From assembly GCA_038064395.1 (NCBI GenBank), contig JBBTTE010000004.1, forward strand, positions 37,342 to 101,341: DNA of 64,000 nt. The letters are read 5' to 3'. Below the pieces are notes generated by a model that did no database searches, was not told the origin of the DNA, and saw only the letters and a list, made by a program, of their open reading frames with translations. Position numbers and translations under genes: made by a program. Each line of letters begins with the position of its first letter. Position 1 is the first letter of the stretch. This document shows, piece by piece, positions 8,981 through 18,456 of this stretch. Source of the DNA: Patescibacteria group bacterium. Lineage in GTDB: Bacteria; Patescibacteriota; Saccharimonadia; Saccharimonadales; UBA4665.

Positions 8981-9577
8981 ATGGCAATCGATATAGCAGA
9001 TATCAAGAGACTCAAAGATTTAACAGGCGTTGGCCTAACAGATGCCAAAGGCGCTCTAGAAGATGCCAAAGGTGACTTCGATAAGGCTCTAGCCGCTATG
9101 CGCAAAAAGGGCCTAACCAAGGCTGAGAAGCGCGGTGAGCGTGAAGCTCGTGCTGGTATTGTCGGTACTTACAACCACGACAGCCGCATTGGTGTAATTG
9201 TGGAAGTTAACTGCGAAACCGACTTCGTCGCTCGTAACGAAATCTTCACTGACCTAGTTAAGGACATAGCCATGCACATTGCTGCCACCAGTCCCGTCTA
9301 CGTTAGCTCCGACCAAATCCCAGCTGCAGACACTAAGAAAATCCGCGACGAATTCAGCGAGAAGGCTAAGGCCGACGGCAAGCCAGCCGAAATGGTCGCC
9401 AAGATCGTTGATGGCCAAGTCAGCAAGTACTTCGCAGAACGCTGCCTACTAGACCAACCTTTCGTCAAGAACCCCGACCAGACCGTAGCTGAATACGTCA
9501 AAGACCACGCCGCTCGTCTCGGCGAAAACGTCGTTGTTCGTCGTTTCTCCCGAATCGCTCTCGGCGAAATCAACTAA
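8981..9577 (+). CDS. tsf: elongation factor Ts (short form, about 198 aa)
   Basis: N-terminal UBA-like IKRLKDLTGVGLTDAKGALE and the motif VEVNCETDFVARN are present. Confidence 0.95.
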   Translation: MAIDIADIKRLKDLTGVGLTDAKGALEDAKGDFDKALAAMRKKGLTKAEKRGEREARAGIVGTYNHDSRIGVIVEVNCETDFVARNEIFTDLVKDIAMHIAATSPVYVSSDQIPAADTKKIRDEFSEKAKADGKPAEMVAKIVDGQVSKYFAERCLLDQPFVKNPDQTVAEYVKDHAARLGENVVVRRFSRIALGEIN

Positions 9578-9627
9578 AACGCTTAACGTTTACTCCGTAG
9601 AGCCAAGACACTATACTCGGATTTACG

Positions 9628-10236
9628 ATGACCGATATAACTGTTCCCGAATTTAGGCCACTTCGTCCAGAGGACTGCTTTGAAGTATCTACGGGGCGGA
9701 ATGGCTATGAGGTAGATGGGCATACTTGTAGTATTTTAATGATGGCACCCCAAACTGCACTCGTTATGGCTATTGTTGAGGCTGGGGAAGGCCATCGCAT
9801 TGATATTCCGCCGGCCGTGCAGAACATCAACGCATTGAACCAGAAATTATCGGAAAATGCCTACGGTTTTGGTTCAGATGAGCTGCACAAGGCAGCAGCT
9901 CGTGTTGTAGAGCTTACGAACACAGAAATGGTAGATAGCATATCTGCTAAGTTCGACATGCTAGTCAAACATTTTAATATGCACGAACAGAGTATTATCA
10001 GACTCCTCGGGAAAAACACTGAGCATGGAGATACAATGATCGCTGCCTATGTCGGAACTATCTTGCTAAAGGACGAAGTTGCCAAAGACTATTCCGAAGA
10101 CGCCAAACATCTAGAAGTGTTCACAAGTCTTGTTGATAGTCACGGTCAGGTCGGTGTGCAGCCTGAGGGCTATGGACTGGGACGACTTCTGGTTAGAGAT
10201 GATAAATTAGACACACTCGGTCTTACGCTTAGATAG
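9628..10236 (+). CDS. hypothetical soluble protein (orphan) at the position usually held by pyrH
   Basis: Clean 202-aa ORF with TATACT at 9612-9617, 10 nt upstream of the ATG. No family motif was recognised. Confidence 0.5.
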   Translation: MTDITVPEFRPLRPEDCFEVSTGRNGYEVDGHTCSILMMAPQTALVMAIVEAGEGHRIDIPPAVQNINALNQKLSENAYGFGSDELHKAAARVVELTNTEMVDSISAKFDMLVKHFNMHEQSIIRLLGKNTEHGDTMIAAYVGTILLKDEVAKDYSEDAKHLEVFTSLVDSHGQVGVQPEGYGLGRLLVRDDKLDTLGLTLR

Positions 10237-10318
10237 TGCGACTGAATTGGCTAGAGAGCAACTACATTCCTCGGCATGACTACACACACCGAGTGTGCCT
10301 ATGTGATACACTCAGTGT

Positions 10319-10531
10319 GTGAACCCCTTAACTACACGAATGCACATTACTATGCCTACGGGTTTTCTTGAAGATCTGGACCAGCACGCTAAGGCTTGTT
10401 ATATGTCGCGCAGTGACTACATCCGTATTGCATTGATGGAGAAGATGAACCGACAAAATATGGTAGACTACCCTCAAGCAGGACCAACCAATAACAAGGA
10501 TGATGATGGATTCGCAGCAAGTAGTAACTAA
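10319..10531 (+). CDS. ribbon-helix-helix (CopG/Arc/MetJ-like) DNA-binding protein
   Basis: MHITMPTGFLEDLDQHAKACYMSRSDYIRIALMEKM fits a beta-strand/helix/helix RHH pattern. The probable start is the ATG at 10340; a GTG at 10319 is an alternative. The 3' end overlaps the frr start. Confidence 0.6.
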   Translation: MNPLTTRMHITMPTGFLEDLDQHAKACYMSRSDYIRIALMEKMNRQNMVDYPQAGPTNNKDDDGFAASSN

Positions 10532-11069
10532 CGCCCAGACTAAGCTCAACCAAGCGGTTGAACGGTTTAAGGACACTCTTAAGACTCTAAGAACTGGACG
10601 CGCCAGTGCTAGCATGCTCGATGGTGTTACGGTTGAAGCATATGGTACACCGATGCCTCTAATTCAAGTTGCGACAATTACTGTTCCTGAGGCTCAGCTA
10701 CTACAAATAAATCCTTTTGATCCGAGCAACCTAGAAGCAATAGCTAATGCTATCAGGAACAACCCGAGCCTAGGTCTTAATCCATCGGATGATGGTCGAG
10801 TGATTAGAGTGCCGATTCCGCCACTAACAGAGGAGCGCCGCCGCGAATTATCCAAGCAAGTCGGTGAGAAGCAAGAAGATTGCATGATCGCCATGCGTAG
10901 TGTCAGACATGAGGCAATCGATCTACTAAACGAAGCCAAGAAGGACAAAGACATCGGCGAAGACGACGCTAAGCGCCTAACAACTCAAATCGAAGAAGCT
11001 ATGACTAAGTCTAAGAACGAAGTCGAAGGCATCGCTAAGGCCAAAGAACAAGAAATCCTAACTATCTAG
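10500..11069 (+). CDS. frr: ribosome recycling factor
   Basis: LRTGRASASMLDGVTVEAYGTPMPL and IRVPIPPLTEERRREL are close to the E. coli Frr motifs. Confidence 0.95.
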   Translation: MMMDSQQVVTNAQTKLNQAVERFKDTLKTLRTGRASASMLDGVTVEAYGTPMPLIQVATITVPEAQLLQINPFDPSNLEAIANAIRNNPSLGLNPSDDGRVIRVPIPPLTEERRRELSKQVGEKQEDCMIAMRSVRHEAIDLLNEAKKDKDIGEDDAKRLTTQIEEAMTKSKNEVEGIAKAKEQEILTI

Positions 11070-11083
11070 AAGTCAGTACGCAA

Positions 11084-12202
11084 TTAGGTGTGGGTGATGA
11101 CTGTAGTGCCAATAGGTGCCCAGTCGTAGACCCATTTGGCTTGATCGTCAGGTAGTGAGACACAGCCGTGAGAACTGTTAACCGCACCGAAGAAGCTAGT
11201 CGGGCGCCAGTAATTGCCGTGAACGGCATAGCCACCTGGTAAGAAGTAATTGATCCAACGAACATGTGGCTGGAAGTACTTAGTGCCGTTGGCGTTGAAG
11301 CCTTTCATGTCTTGAATGGCTAGTTTCTGATATATCTTGTACTGACCGATTGGAGTAGGTGTTTCTGGCGCACCGGCGCTGATGGGGAATTGACGCGTTA
11401 GTTGACCAGCATCGTATGCCCACATTTGCTTGGTAGTGACGTTGACCTCAAGTAGTTTGCCAATACTGGTGGCACTAACTGCGTTGAAGGGCAGTGTCTC
11501 TATCGGTAGCGTCATTTGCATACCTTTGGCGCTGAGAAGAGTCTTGCCTATTTGATTAGCCAGGTTCTTGGTGTCGCCGATCTGCGTGCCGTCACGACCT
11601 GCGGCAATTACTTGTGACGAGCCGTCTGTGTGAGTGAGCGTTACTTGATTAGATGGCTCTTTGACGTAGGGTGCGGCTGCTGAAGTCAGGGATTTGGCAA
11701 TAGCGTCGTTATTGACATGTATATATGTAGCTTGCTTATCCTTCACTACCTGTAACCAGCTATTGATGGTGTCTGAAGCAACAGGAACTGTCTTAGCGCC
11801 GATTGTTAGACTTAAAGGTTGAGTGGTGATGTTTTGCAGGGTGTCGGCGAGTTGATTGTTGGCGATAACGGCGTTAGGCCCTTGCTTGGCTTGAGTCAGA
11901 ACACGTGTGCTGGTGGCTGAGGCAAAAGTAATATGCGCTGACCAATAAGCTGCGCCAACTTGCGAGGCAGAACTGCCTACTAGCAAGAATAGCAGAGCAA
12001 ACGCACCTAGACTGTAGCGGTGGAATAACTCTGCAGGGTAAGACCAAGGAGAATGATGAGTATCGGCAGGAACCTCAAAGACAGCAGGCTCAACTGCTGG
12101 TACGGACACTGCTTGCCTAAGTCGCACCGCGGGTTGCGGCAGTGCAGCTGGTCGAGCAGTCTGCATCTTAGGGCGTGGCAGCACAAAATCGTTACCTACC
12201 AT
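11084..12202 (-). CDS. L,D-transpeptidase (YkuD domain) with N-terminal TM anchor
   Basis: The C-terminal YkuD catalytic motif HGNYW...SHGCVSL is present. The first ATG is at 12202; the ORF track begins at a TTG at 12211. Confidence 0.85.
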   Translation of the reverse strand: MVGNDFVLPRPKMQTARPAALPQPAVRLRQAVSVPAVEPAVFEVPADTHHSPWSYPAELFHRYSLGAFALLFLLVGSSASQVGAAYWSAHITFASATSTRVLTQAKQGPNAVIANNQLADTLQNITTQPLSLTIGAKTVPVASDTINSWLQVVKDKQATYIHVNNDAIAKSLTSAAAPYVKEPSNQVTLTHTDGSSQVIAAGRDGTQIGDTKNLANQIGKTLLSAKGMQMTLPIETLPFNAVSATSIGKLLEVNVTTKQMWAYDAGQLTRQFPISAGAPETPTPIGQYKIYQKLAIQDMKGFNANGTKYFQPHVRWINYFLPGGYAVHGNYWRPTSFFGAVNSSHGCVSLPDDQAKWVYDWAPIGTTVITHT

Positions 12203-12312
12203 GATGTACAACTCATTTTTAACTCTGTTTTTTCACACTTTTGGGTTTTTGTAGCCCTTACCAAGAATTATACGCTGCGTAAGCGGTTTGTAAAGAGTTT
12301 TGCCAACGTGTT

Positions 12313-12321
12313 TGCTACAAT
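12313..12321 (+). promoter_or_regulatory. extended -10 TGcTACAAT, 8 nt before the rseP ATG at 12330
   Basis: Read directly from the sequence. Confidence 0.5.
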
Positions 12322-12329
12322 GGATGTTA

Positions 12330-13499
12330 ATGTCGATTGCTTTGTTAGTTATTGGGCTCATCCTGTTTGTCGGTCTTGTGGTAGTCCATGAGTTCGGACA
12401 CTTCATTGTGGCGCGTCGTAATGGTGTTGAAGTTGAAGAGTTCGGTATATTCTTCCCACCAACTCTCTATAGACATAAGACTAAGGCTGGCTGGGACTTC
12501 ACCTTCAATCTGATACCTCTAGGTGGTTTCGTTAAGCTCAAGGGTGAACATGATAGCGACACCGAGAAGGGCACCTTCGGGGCGGCTACTCTCTGGGTGA
12601 AGAGCAAGATTATGGCGGCTGGCGTTGTCATGAACCTTCTGACCGCCTTAGTTATATTTACCTTTATAGCTCTTGTTGGCATGCCCAAGCTGGTCGATAA
12701 CCAGTTTAGCGTTAAAAGTGACGAACACCTCACGAGCCAAAAAGTCCTAGTGGGCTATGTTGAGCCAAGCTCGCCAGCAGGTAAGGCTGGACTCAAATCC
12801 AACGATGAAATAACGGGCATCAAGCAGCCTGGGTACAGTCCAGTAGGTATCGTTAGTGCCAAGGATCTACCGAGTATCACTAAGGAATTTGCTGGCAAAA
12901 CGGCCTACGTTTACTACGTTCGAGATGGTCAAGAAGACAAGGTTCAGGTCAAGATGTTGACTAGCGAACAAGTTGCCGCCAGCAAGAAGACCGATAACCC
13001 CAAAGGCTACCTCGGCATAATTCCAACCGACTACAGAGTCCAGCGCTACACATGGTCAGCGCCAGTGGTAGCTGTGGGCTTTAGTGCCCAAGTGACGGCT
13101 CTGACATTCCAAGGGCTTGGACACGCTCTGAGCGGCTTAGGCGGGCTAATAGCGGGTGGCCTGACGGGTAACACGACCGCCAGGCAAAACGGACAGGCTA
13201 GTGCCACAGAGCAGGTGGCGGGACCAGTGGGGATATTTGTAATATTGCAGAACGGTAGCTCATTGGGTTACCAGTTCGTGCTATTAATTATCGGAATAAT
13301 TTCTCTGACATTGGCGATTATGAACATTTTGCCTATTCCAGCGCTTGATGGTGGTAGGCTTTGGATTACGCTGGCCACTCGGGGGCTCAAACGGCCGTTA
13401 TCGGCCAAACGTGAAGAGGCGATTAATATGGCTGGCTTCATGCTGTTGCTAGGCCTAATCTTCTTAATCACCATAGTCGATGTCAAACGCTTCTTCTGA
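12330..13499 (+). CDS. rseP: RIP metalloprotease RseP/RasP (M50 site-2 protease with PDZ domain)
   Basis: HEFGHFIVAR (HExxH) sits at residue 20 and a PDZ-like segment (PAGKAGLKSNDEI) is present. The C-terminal motif NILPIPALDGG is also present. Alternative starts are at 12324 and 12300. Confidence 0.9.
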   Translation: MSIALLVIGLILFVGLVVVHEFGHFIVARRNGVEVEEFGIFFPPTLYRHKTKAGWDFTFNLIPLGGFVKLKGEHDSDTEKGTFGAATLWVKSKIMAAGVVMNLLTALVIFTFIALVGMPKLVDNQFSVKSDEHLTSQKVLVGYVEPSSPAGKAGLKSNDEITGIKQPGYSPVGIVSAKDLPSITKEFAGKTAYVYYVRDGQEDKVQVKMLTSEQVAASKKTDNPKGYLGIIPTDYRVQRYTWSAPVVAVGFSAQVTALTFQGLGHALSGLGGLIAGGLTGNTTARQNGQASATEQVAGPVGIFVILQNGSSLGYQFVLLIIGIISLTLAIMNILPIPALDGGRLWITLATRGLKRPLSAKREEAINMAGFMLLLGLIFLITIVDVKRFF

Positions 13500-14274
13500 C
13501 CCCAAGACAGATAAGACAGAACTGACCAAACACTTCATTGTGCCTTGGCACCCAATACTGGGGCTAGTATTCATAGTCGCGACTTATTACGCTGCTCAGA
13601 TTACGGCCAGCATAGTTCTGTACTTATACGCATTACTTAATCATTGGACTCAGGTAGAGGCTGCTTCTAAGCTCAACGGTTCGGTAACAGCCCAGTTCGT
13701 CTACATCTTAATTACAGAACTTCTCATAGTCGGTGCGATCTATCTCTTCCTGAGGATGTACAGACTTGGCTTTGCTTCTATAGGTCTCAAGAAGTTCCGT
13801 CTCAATGATTTGTTCTATGGTCTGGCAGCTGTGCCGGTGTACTTCATCCTATATCTGATAACCGTAGGCCTAATCAGTCATTTCGTGCCTGGACTCGACA
13901 TCAACCAAGAGCAACAGCTGGGCTTCAATAATGTTCATGGGTTATGGCCGCTAGCAATGACCTTTGTCGCTCTAGTGATTCTGCCGCCCCTAGTCGAAGA
14001 GATAATGGTTCGTGGCTTCCTCTACAGTACACTCAAGAAAGCCATGCCTACTATTGGTGCAGTGATTGCGACTAGTGCTGTATTCGCAGCAGCTCACCTG
14101 CCAGAGGGCGGGGCAGCCGGGCCTTTGTACATTGCGGCGCTTGATACCTTCGTGTTGAGTCTGGTGTTGATCTATCTAAGGGAAAAGACGGGTAGCCTGT
14201 GGGCTAGCATTACATTGCACGGTTTTAAGAACGGAATTGCGTTCGTAGCGCTATTTGTATTACACCTCAATTAA
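13480..14274 (+). CDS. CPBP family intramembrane glutamic endopeptidase (CAAX protease-like)
   Basis: Multi-TM protein with EEIMVRGFLY and FAAAHL motifs. Confidence 0.8.
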   Translation: MSNASSDPKTDKTELTKHFIVPWHPILGLVFIVATYYAAQITASIVLYLYALLNHWTQVEAASKLNGSVTAQFVYILITELLIVGAIYLFLRMYRLGFASIGLKKFRLNDLFYGLAAVPVYFILYLITVGLISHFVPGLDINQEQQLGFNNVHGLWPLAMTFVALVILPPLVEEIMVRGFLYSTLKKAMPTIGAVIATSAVFAAAHLPEGGAAGPLYIAALDTFVLSLVLIYLREKTGSLWASITLHGFKNGIAFVALFVLHLN

Positions 14275-14283
14275 TGTTATAAT
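14275..14283 (+). promoter_or_regulatory. extended -10 TGtTATAAT, 7 nt before the ATG at 14291
   Basis: Read directly from the sequence. Confidence 0.5.
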
Positions 14284-14290
14284 CATATAA

Positions 14291-15094
14291 ATGATAAGTA
14301 GTAATTCGAGAGAGCTAGTTGTATTAAAGCACGGTTCTTCTTCTGTCGAGAACTCTGATGGCATGGGCATTAATCAAGACCGTGTCAATTTCCATGTTGC
14401 ACAGCATCGCCTATTGCGCGCCAATGGTATGGATACCGTCGAAGTTAGTTCGGGTGGAACAGTTGATGGCAAGGAGTACGCTACAGAGCTAGGACTAGAT
14501 ATTGCTGACTATGAAAACAGCGAACTTGCCGCACTTGGTACATCTGGCCAGATTGCTCACTGGCGAGAAGCTGGGCGTCCTCATGCTCTACCTGTAGCCC
14601 AGGTTTTATCAACACATGAACAGATTGACGAAGAAGCTGCTGGCAAAAACATTACCGAAGGTATTCTTAGTCTGACACGCAAAGGGGCTTTGGTGGTCGT
14701 TAACGAAAGCGATATTGCTGCCTTTGAAGAAATGAACGAATACGAGAAGTCTGTAGTCGCCAAAGAACAAGGGGAGACTGATGTCGAACCTGACAACGAT
14801 TGGCTGGCAGCACATCTTGCTATATCACTTGGGGCTTCAAAGCTTCTATTGCTGGGCAAGATGCACGGGCTAACAGTCGAAGGCAAAATTGTTCGCGAGC
14901 TTCATGTCGACGATATACCTGAGATGCTTACGCATTGCGATGGATCAAGCCGATCTGGCACCGGTGGCATGGCAAGCAAGCTTCTGGCAGCCGAAAAGGC
15001 TGCTAGGGCAGGTATAGACGTTAGAATCGGCCATGCTTTTATAGACTTAAACTATCTGTTGAGTCACAATGACGCGACTAGAGTGGTACAATAA
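14291..15094 (+). CDS. glutamate 5-kinase-like amino-acid kinase (no PUA domain)
   Basis: VVLKHGSSSV and GTGGMASKLLAAEKAARAGIDVRIG parallel the E. coli ProB segments LVVKLGTSVL and [24 protein letters not shown]. An acidic insertion lies near the GDND region. Confidence 0.7.
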   Translation: MISSNSRELVVLKHGSSSVENSDGMGINQDRVNFHVAQHRLLRANGMDTVEVSSGGTVDGKEYATELGLDIADYENSELAALGTSGQIAHWREAGRPHALPVAQVLSTHEQIDEEAAGKNITEGILSLTRKGALVVVNESDIAAFEEMNEYEKSVVAKEQGETDVEPDNDWLAAHLAISLGASKLLLLGKMHGLTVEGKIVRELHVDDIPEMLTHCDGSSRSGTGGMASKLLAAEKAARAGIDVRIGHAFIDLNYLLSHNDATRVVQ

Positions 15095-15113
15095 TGTGCA
15101 GTTAACGCGCATT

Positions 15114-16370
15114 ATGAAACTTTCTAAACTATTCACTAAGACGAGCAAGAATGTACCAGCTGACGAGACGTCCAAGAACGCTCAGCTACTGATTCAGGCT
15201 GGCTTCATATATAAGGTGATGGCTGGCGTTTACGCCTATACGCCACTTGGCCTACGAGTTGTTGAGAATATCAAGCAGATTGTTCGCGAAGAGATGAATG
15301 CCATTAATGGTCAAGAGTTGATCATGACTAACTTGCAGCGCACTGAACCGTGGCAGACGACCGGACGATGGGATGATAAGGTTGTCGATATTTGGTTCAA
15401 GACCAAGTTGAAGGATGACACAGAGCTAGGTCTAGCTTGGTCGCACGAAGAGGCAATTATCGATATGATGAAGCACTTTGTAAGCAGCTACAAAGATCTG
15501 CCAATAAGTGTTTATCAGTTTCAGACTAAGCTTCGCAATGAGCTGCGAGCCAAGAGTGGGATTATGCGCGGACGCGAGTTCGTCATGAAGGATATGTACT
15601 CGTTGAGTGTTGATGCCGCCCAGCACGACGCCTACTACAACTCGGCAATTGAGGCGTATAAGAAGGTCTATGATCGATTAGGTTTGGGGGAAGACACTTA
15701 TGTGACTTTTGCTAGCGGTGGTGCGTTTACCCAGTTCAGTCATGAGTTCCAGACCGTTTGTGAAGCGGGTGAGGATGTTATTTATCTTCATAAGGGTAAG
15801 AACATTGCTATCAACGAAGAAGTTCTTAACGATGAGAGCCTCGCCAAGTTAGGCATCGCTCGCGACGAGCTAGAAGAAGTTAAGAGTAGTGAGGTTGGCA
15901 ATATCTTCAACTTCGGCACTGATAAGAGCGAACAGATGGACTTCGGCTTCACTAACGAAGCAGGCGAAAAGCAATTCATACATCTCGGATCTTACGGAAT
16001 CGGCATCACCAGAATAATGGGTGTTATCGCTGAGAAATTCAGTGACGACAAAGGTCTGGTTTGGCCCGAGAATGTCGCTCCAGCCAAGGTTTATTTGGCC
16101 AGATTGGGTGATTCCACCGAAGTTATTAAGCAGTCCGACGAACTTTACGAAAAATTAACAGCAGCCGGCGCAGAGACATTGTATGATGACCGTGATATGC
16201 GTCCTGGACAGAAGTTTGCGGACGCCGATCTGCTAGGTATTCCGTACCGTGTAGTGATCAGCGACAAGACAGTTGCCGTCAGCAAATACGAGCTAAAAGC
16301 TCGCACATCTGATGACTCCAAACAAGTCGATATCAACGAACTATTTAAAATACTAGGAATTACAGACTAA
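15114..16370 (+). CDS. proS: prolyl-tRNA synthetase, short bacterial-type lacking the INS editing domain
   Basis: Class II motifs (FRNELRAKSGIMRGREF, GSYGIGITR) and an anticodon-binding C-terminus are present. The protein is about 419 aa, against about 570 aa for INS-containing ProRS. The start is taken at MKLSKLF. Confidence 0.9.
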   Translation: MKLSKLFTKTSKNVPADETSKNAQLLIQAGFIYKVMAGVYAYTPLGLRVVENIKQIVREEMNAINGQELIMTNLQRTEPWQTTGRWDDKVVDIWFKTKLKDDTELGLAWSHEEAIIDMMKHFVSSYKDLPISVYQFQTKLRNELRAKSGIMRGREFVMKDMYSLSVDAAQHDAYYNSAIEAYKKVYDRLGLGEDTYVTFASGGAFTQFSHEFQTVCEAGEDVIYLHKGKNIAINEEVLNDESLAKLGIARDELEEVKSSEVGNIFNFGTDKSEQMDFGFTNEAGEKQFIHLGSYGIGITRIMGVIAEKFSDDKGLVWPENVAPAKVYLARLGDSTEVIKQSDELYEKLTAAGAETLYDDRDMRPGQKFADADLLGIPYRVVISDKTVAVSKYELKARTSDDSKQVDINELFKILGITD

Positions 16371-16374
16371 CCGT

Positions 16375-16383
16375 TGTTATAAT
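16375..16383 (+). promoter_or_regulatory. extended -10 TGtTATAAT for greA (leader with a strong SD)
   Basis: TGtTATAAT lies at 16375-16383, with AAGGAGGG at 16411-16418 and the ATG at 16426. Confidence 0.5.
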
Positions 16384-16425
16384 GGTGGTCTGATCCGTAG
16401 TCTGAATGAGAAGGAGGGAAGACCG

Positions 16426-16887
16426 ATGAAGAAGTTATTTCGATTGACCCAAGCGGGTGTGAACGAACTACAAGCCGAACTTGATACCCTAATTGGCAAG
16501 CGCACAGGTATTGCCGAGGCTATTCGCTATGCTCGTGAACTTGGTGACCTTAGCGAGAACGCTGAATACCAATCTGCTCGTGCCGAACAAGAACGTCACG
16601 AAGCGCGTATTAGTGAGATTGAGAACATACTGCAAAGCGTAGAAATCATCAAGAAGCCACGTGGTGACAGCAAAGTCCAGCTAGGCTCGGTTGTTAAGCT
16701 CAAGGGAGTTGGCGGTAAGGCTAAGGAGTTCCAAGTTGTTGGTACGGTCGAGGCTGATCCGCTTAATGGCAAGATTAGTGACGAATCACCAATTGGTCAA
16801 GCTCTACTAGGTCAAAAAGTCGGTGAAACGATCGAGATCGCTACTCCTAGTGACACTAGCGCCTACAAGATCGTCAGCATTAGCTAG
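16426..16887 (+). CDS. greA: transcription elongation factor GreA
   Basis: AREHGDLSENAEY-type motif (ARELGDLSENAEYQSAR), a coiled-coil N-terminus and a length of about 153 aa. Confidence 0.95.
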   Translation: MKKLFRLTQAGVNELQAELDTLIGKRTGIAEAIRYARELGDLSENAEYQSARAEQERHEARISEIENILQSVEIIKKPRGDSKVQLGSVVKLKGVGGKAKEFQVVGTVEADPLNGKISDESPIGQALLGQKVGETIEIATPSDTSAYKIVSIS

Positions 16888-16923
16888 GTAGCGCATAATT
16901 ATTTCGTTATACTTACGTTAAAG

Positions 16924-18456
16924 ATGCAGTGGCTCAATAAGATAGTTAATGATTTAATAGCGCGTCATCCAGACGGTGAAATTGTTGTGTCCTCTGGCGT
17001 GTCCCCATCTGGTACTTATCACTTAGGAACACTCAGGGAGGTGCTGACAGCCGAGGCAATAGCTTATGCTGTACGGCAAAAGGGGCGACAATCGCGTCAC
17101 ATACATGTGGCTGATGATCTAGACGTCTTCCGCAAAGTGCCCGCAGACGTACCAGAGGGCTTCAAGCAATATCTAGGTAGGCCACTTTGTGATATACCGG
17201 CACCAGATGGTTCGGAACAGTCGTATGCCGACTACTACCTCAGTGACCTCAATATTGCTGCTGATAAGATGCATACGGATATAGAAGTAATGCGGGCTCA
17301 CGAGAAGTATCGCGCAGGGTTTTTCGTTGAAGCAATCGAGAAGGCCTTGGCTAAGACGTCAGAAATCAAGCAAATTCTAGAGACAATCTCAGGGCACAAA
17401 GTCGACAATCAGTGGTCGCCGATTCAGGTAGTTGAGGATGGCTATCTCAAGAACCGGCAATTCATTAGCATGAACACCGACGACAAGACCTTGAACTTCA
17501 AGGACGGCGAAGGCAAGGAACGTCAGATCAGCTATGCCAAGGGCGAAGTGAAGCTCAATTGGCGGATTGACTGGCCAGCCCGTTGGTGGCTGCTTAATGT
17601 GGCAGGCGAGCCGTTTGGGCGCGATCACGCTACCAAGGGCGGATCTTATGACACAGGCTCAGAGATTGTTAAGCAGGTGTATGGCGGCGAACCACCACTG
17701 CCGATGCCGTATAACTTCATTAATCGTACTGGCGACACCAAGAAGATGAGCAAGAGCGCCGGCGACACTATAACTGCCTCGGCATTGCTCGAAATCCTGC
17801 CCGCCGAAGTTGTTTGGTTCTTCATACTGCGTTACGCACCTGATAAGCAGCTATTCTTCGACGAAGGCGAGACCTTAATGCGCCTAGTTGATGAGTTTGG
17901 TGAATTACTTGCCAAGACTGACAAGTCAGACGCTGACAAGCAGTTAATAGATATTTGCTTACATGGTGTAGAACAGCCGACAGTTAGTCGTGTGCCTTTC
18001 TCGCATCTCGTTGCGAGTTATCAAGCGGCACTGAGAGATGTGGACCGAACACTCGAGATCATTGGGCGCACCGAATATGCTCAAGTGGTGCAAGAAGATG
18101 CTGACATTATCAGTAATGAGCTACATTTCATCGATGCCTGGCTCGATAAGCACGCACCTGAGGAAGTTAAGTTTTCTCTGCTGGATGAAGTTGATCAATC
18201 TGAGTTCACAGCTGCTCAACTTACATTCCTAAAGGAGCTCGGCAACAAAGTAGCCGAAGCGCCAGAAGACGCCGATGGCGTGTGGTTCCATAATGCAATC
18301 TACGAGCTAAAGGACAGTACTGGGCTAGCTCCTAAGGAGTTATTTACTACTTTGTACAAGTTAATAATAGGCAAAACATCAGGTCCACGCGCCGGTTGGT
18401 TCCTCAGCATCTTGCCTAGAGACTGGCTGATCAAGAGACTGAAGCTAGAGGCCTAG
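16924..18456 (+). CDS. lysK: class I lysyl-tRNA synthetase
   Basis: Rossmann class I signatures are present: a HIGH-like PSGTYHLGTLRE and an exact KMSKS. The length of about 510 aa and overall layout match archaeal-type LysRS. Confidence 0.85.
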   Translation: MQWLNKIVNDLIARHPDGEIVVSSGVSPSGTYHLGTLREVLTAEAIAYAVRQKGRQSRHIHVADDLDVFRKVPADVPEGFKQYLGRPLCDIPAPDGSEQSYADYYLSDLNIAADKMHTDIEVMRAHEKYRAGFFVEAIEKALAKTSEIKQILETISGHKVDNQWSPIQVVEDGYLKNRQFISMNTDDKTLNFKDGEGKERQISYAKGEVKLNWRIDWPARWWLLNVAGEPFGRDHATKGGSYDTGSEIVKQVYGGEPPLPMPYNFINRTGDTKKMSKSAGDTITASALLEILPAEVVWFFILRYAPDKQLFFDEGETLMRLVDEFGELLAKTDKSDADKQLIDICLHGVEQPTVSRVPFSHLVASYQAALRDVDRTLEIIGRTEYAQVVQEDADIISNELHFIDAWLDKHAPEEVKFSLLDEVDQSEFTAAQLTFLKELGNKVAEAPEDADGVWFHNAIYELKDSTGLAPKELFTTLYKLIIGKTSGPRAGWFLSILPRDWLIKRLKLEA

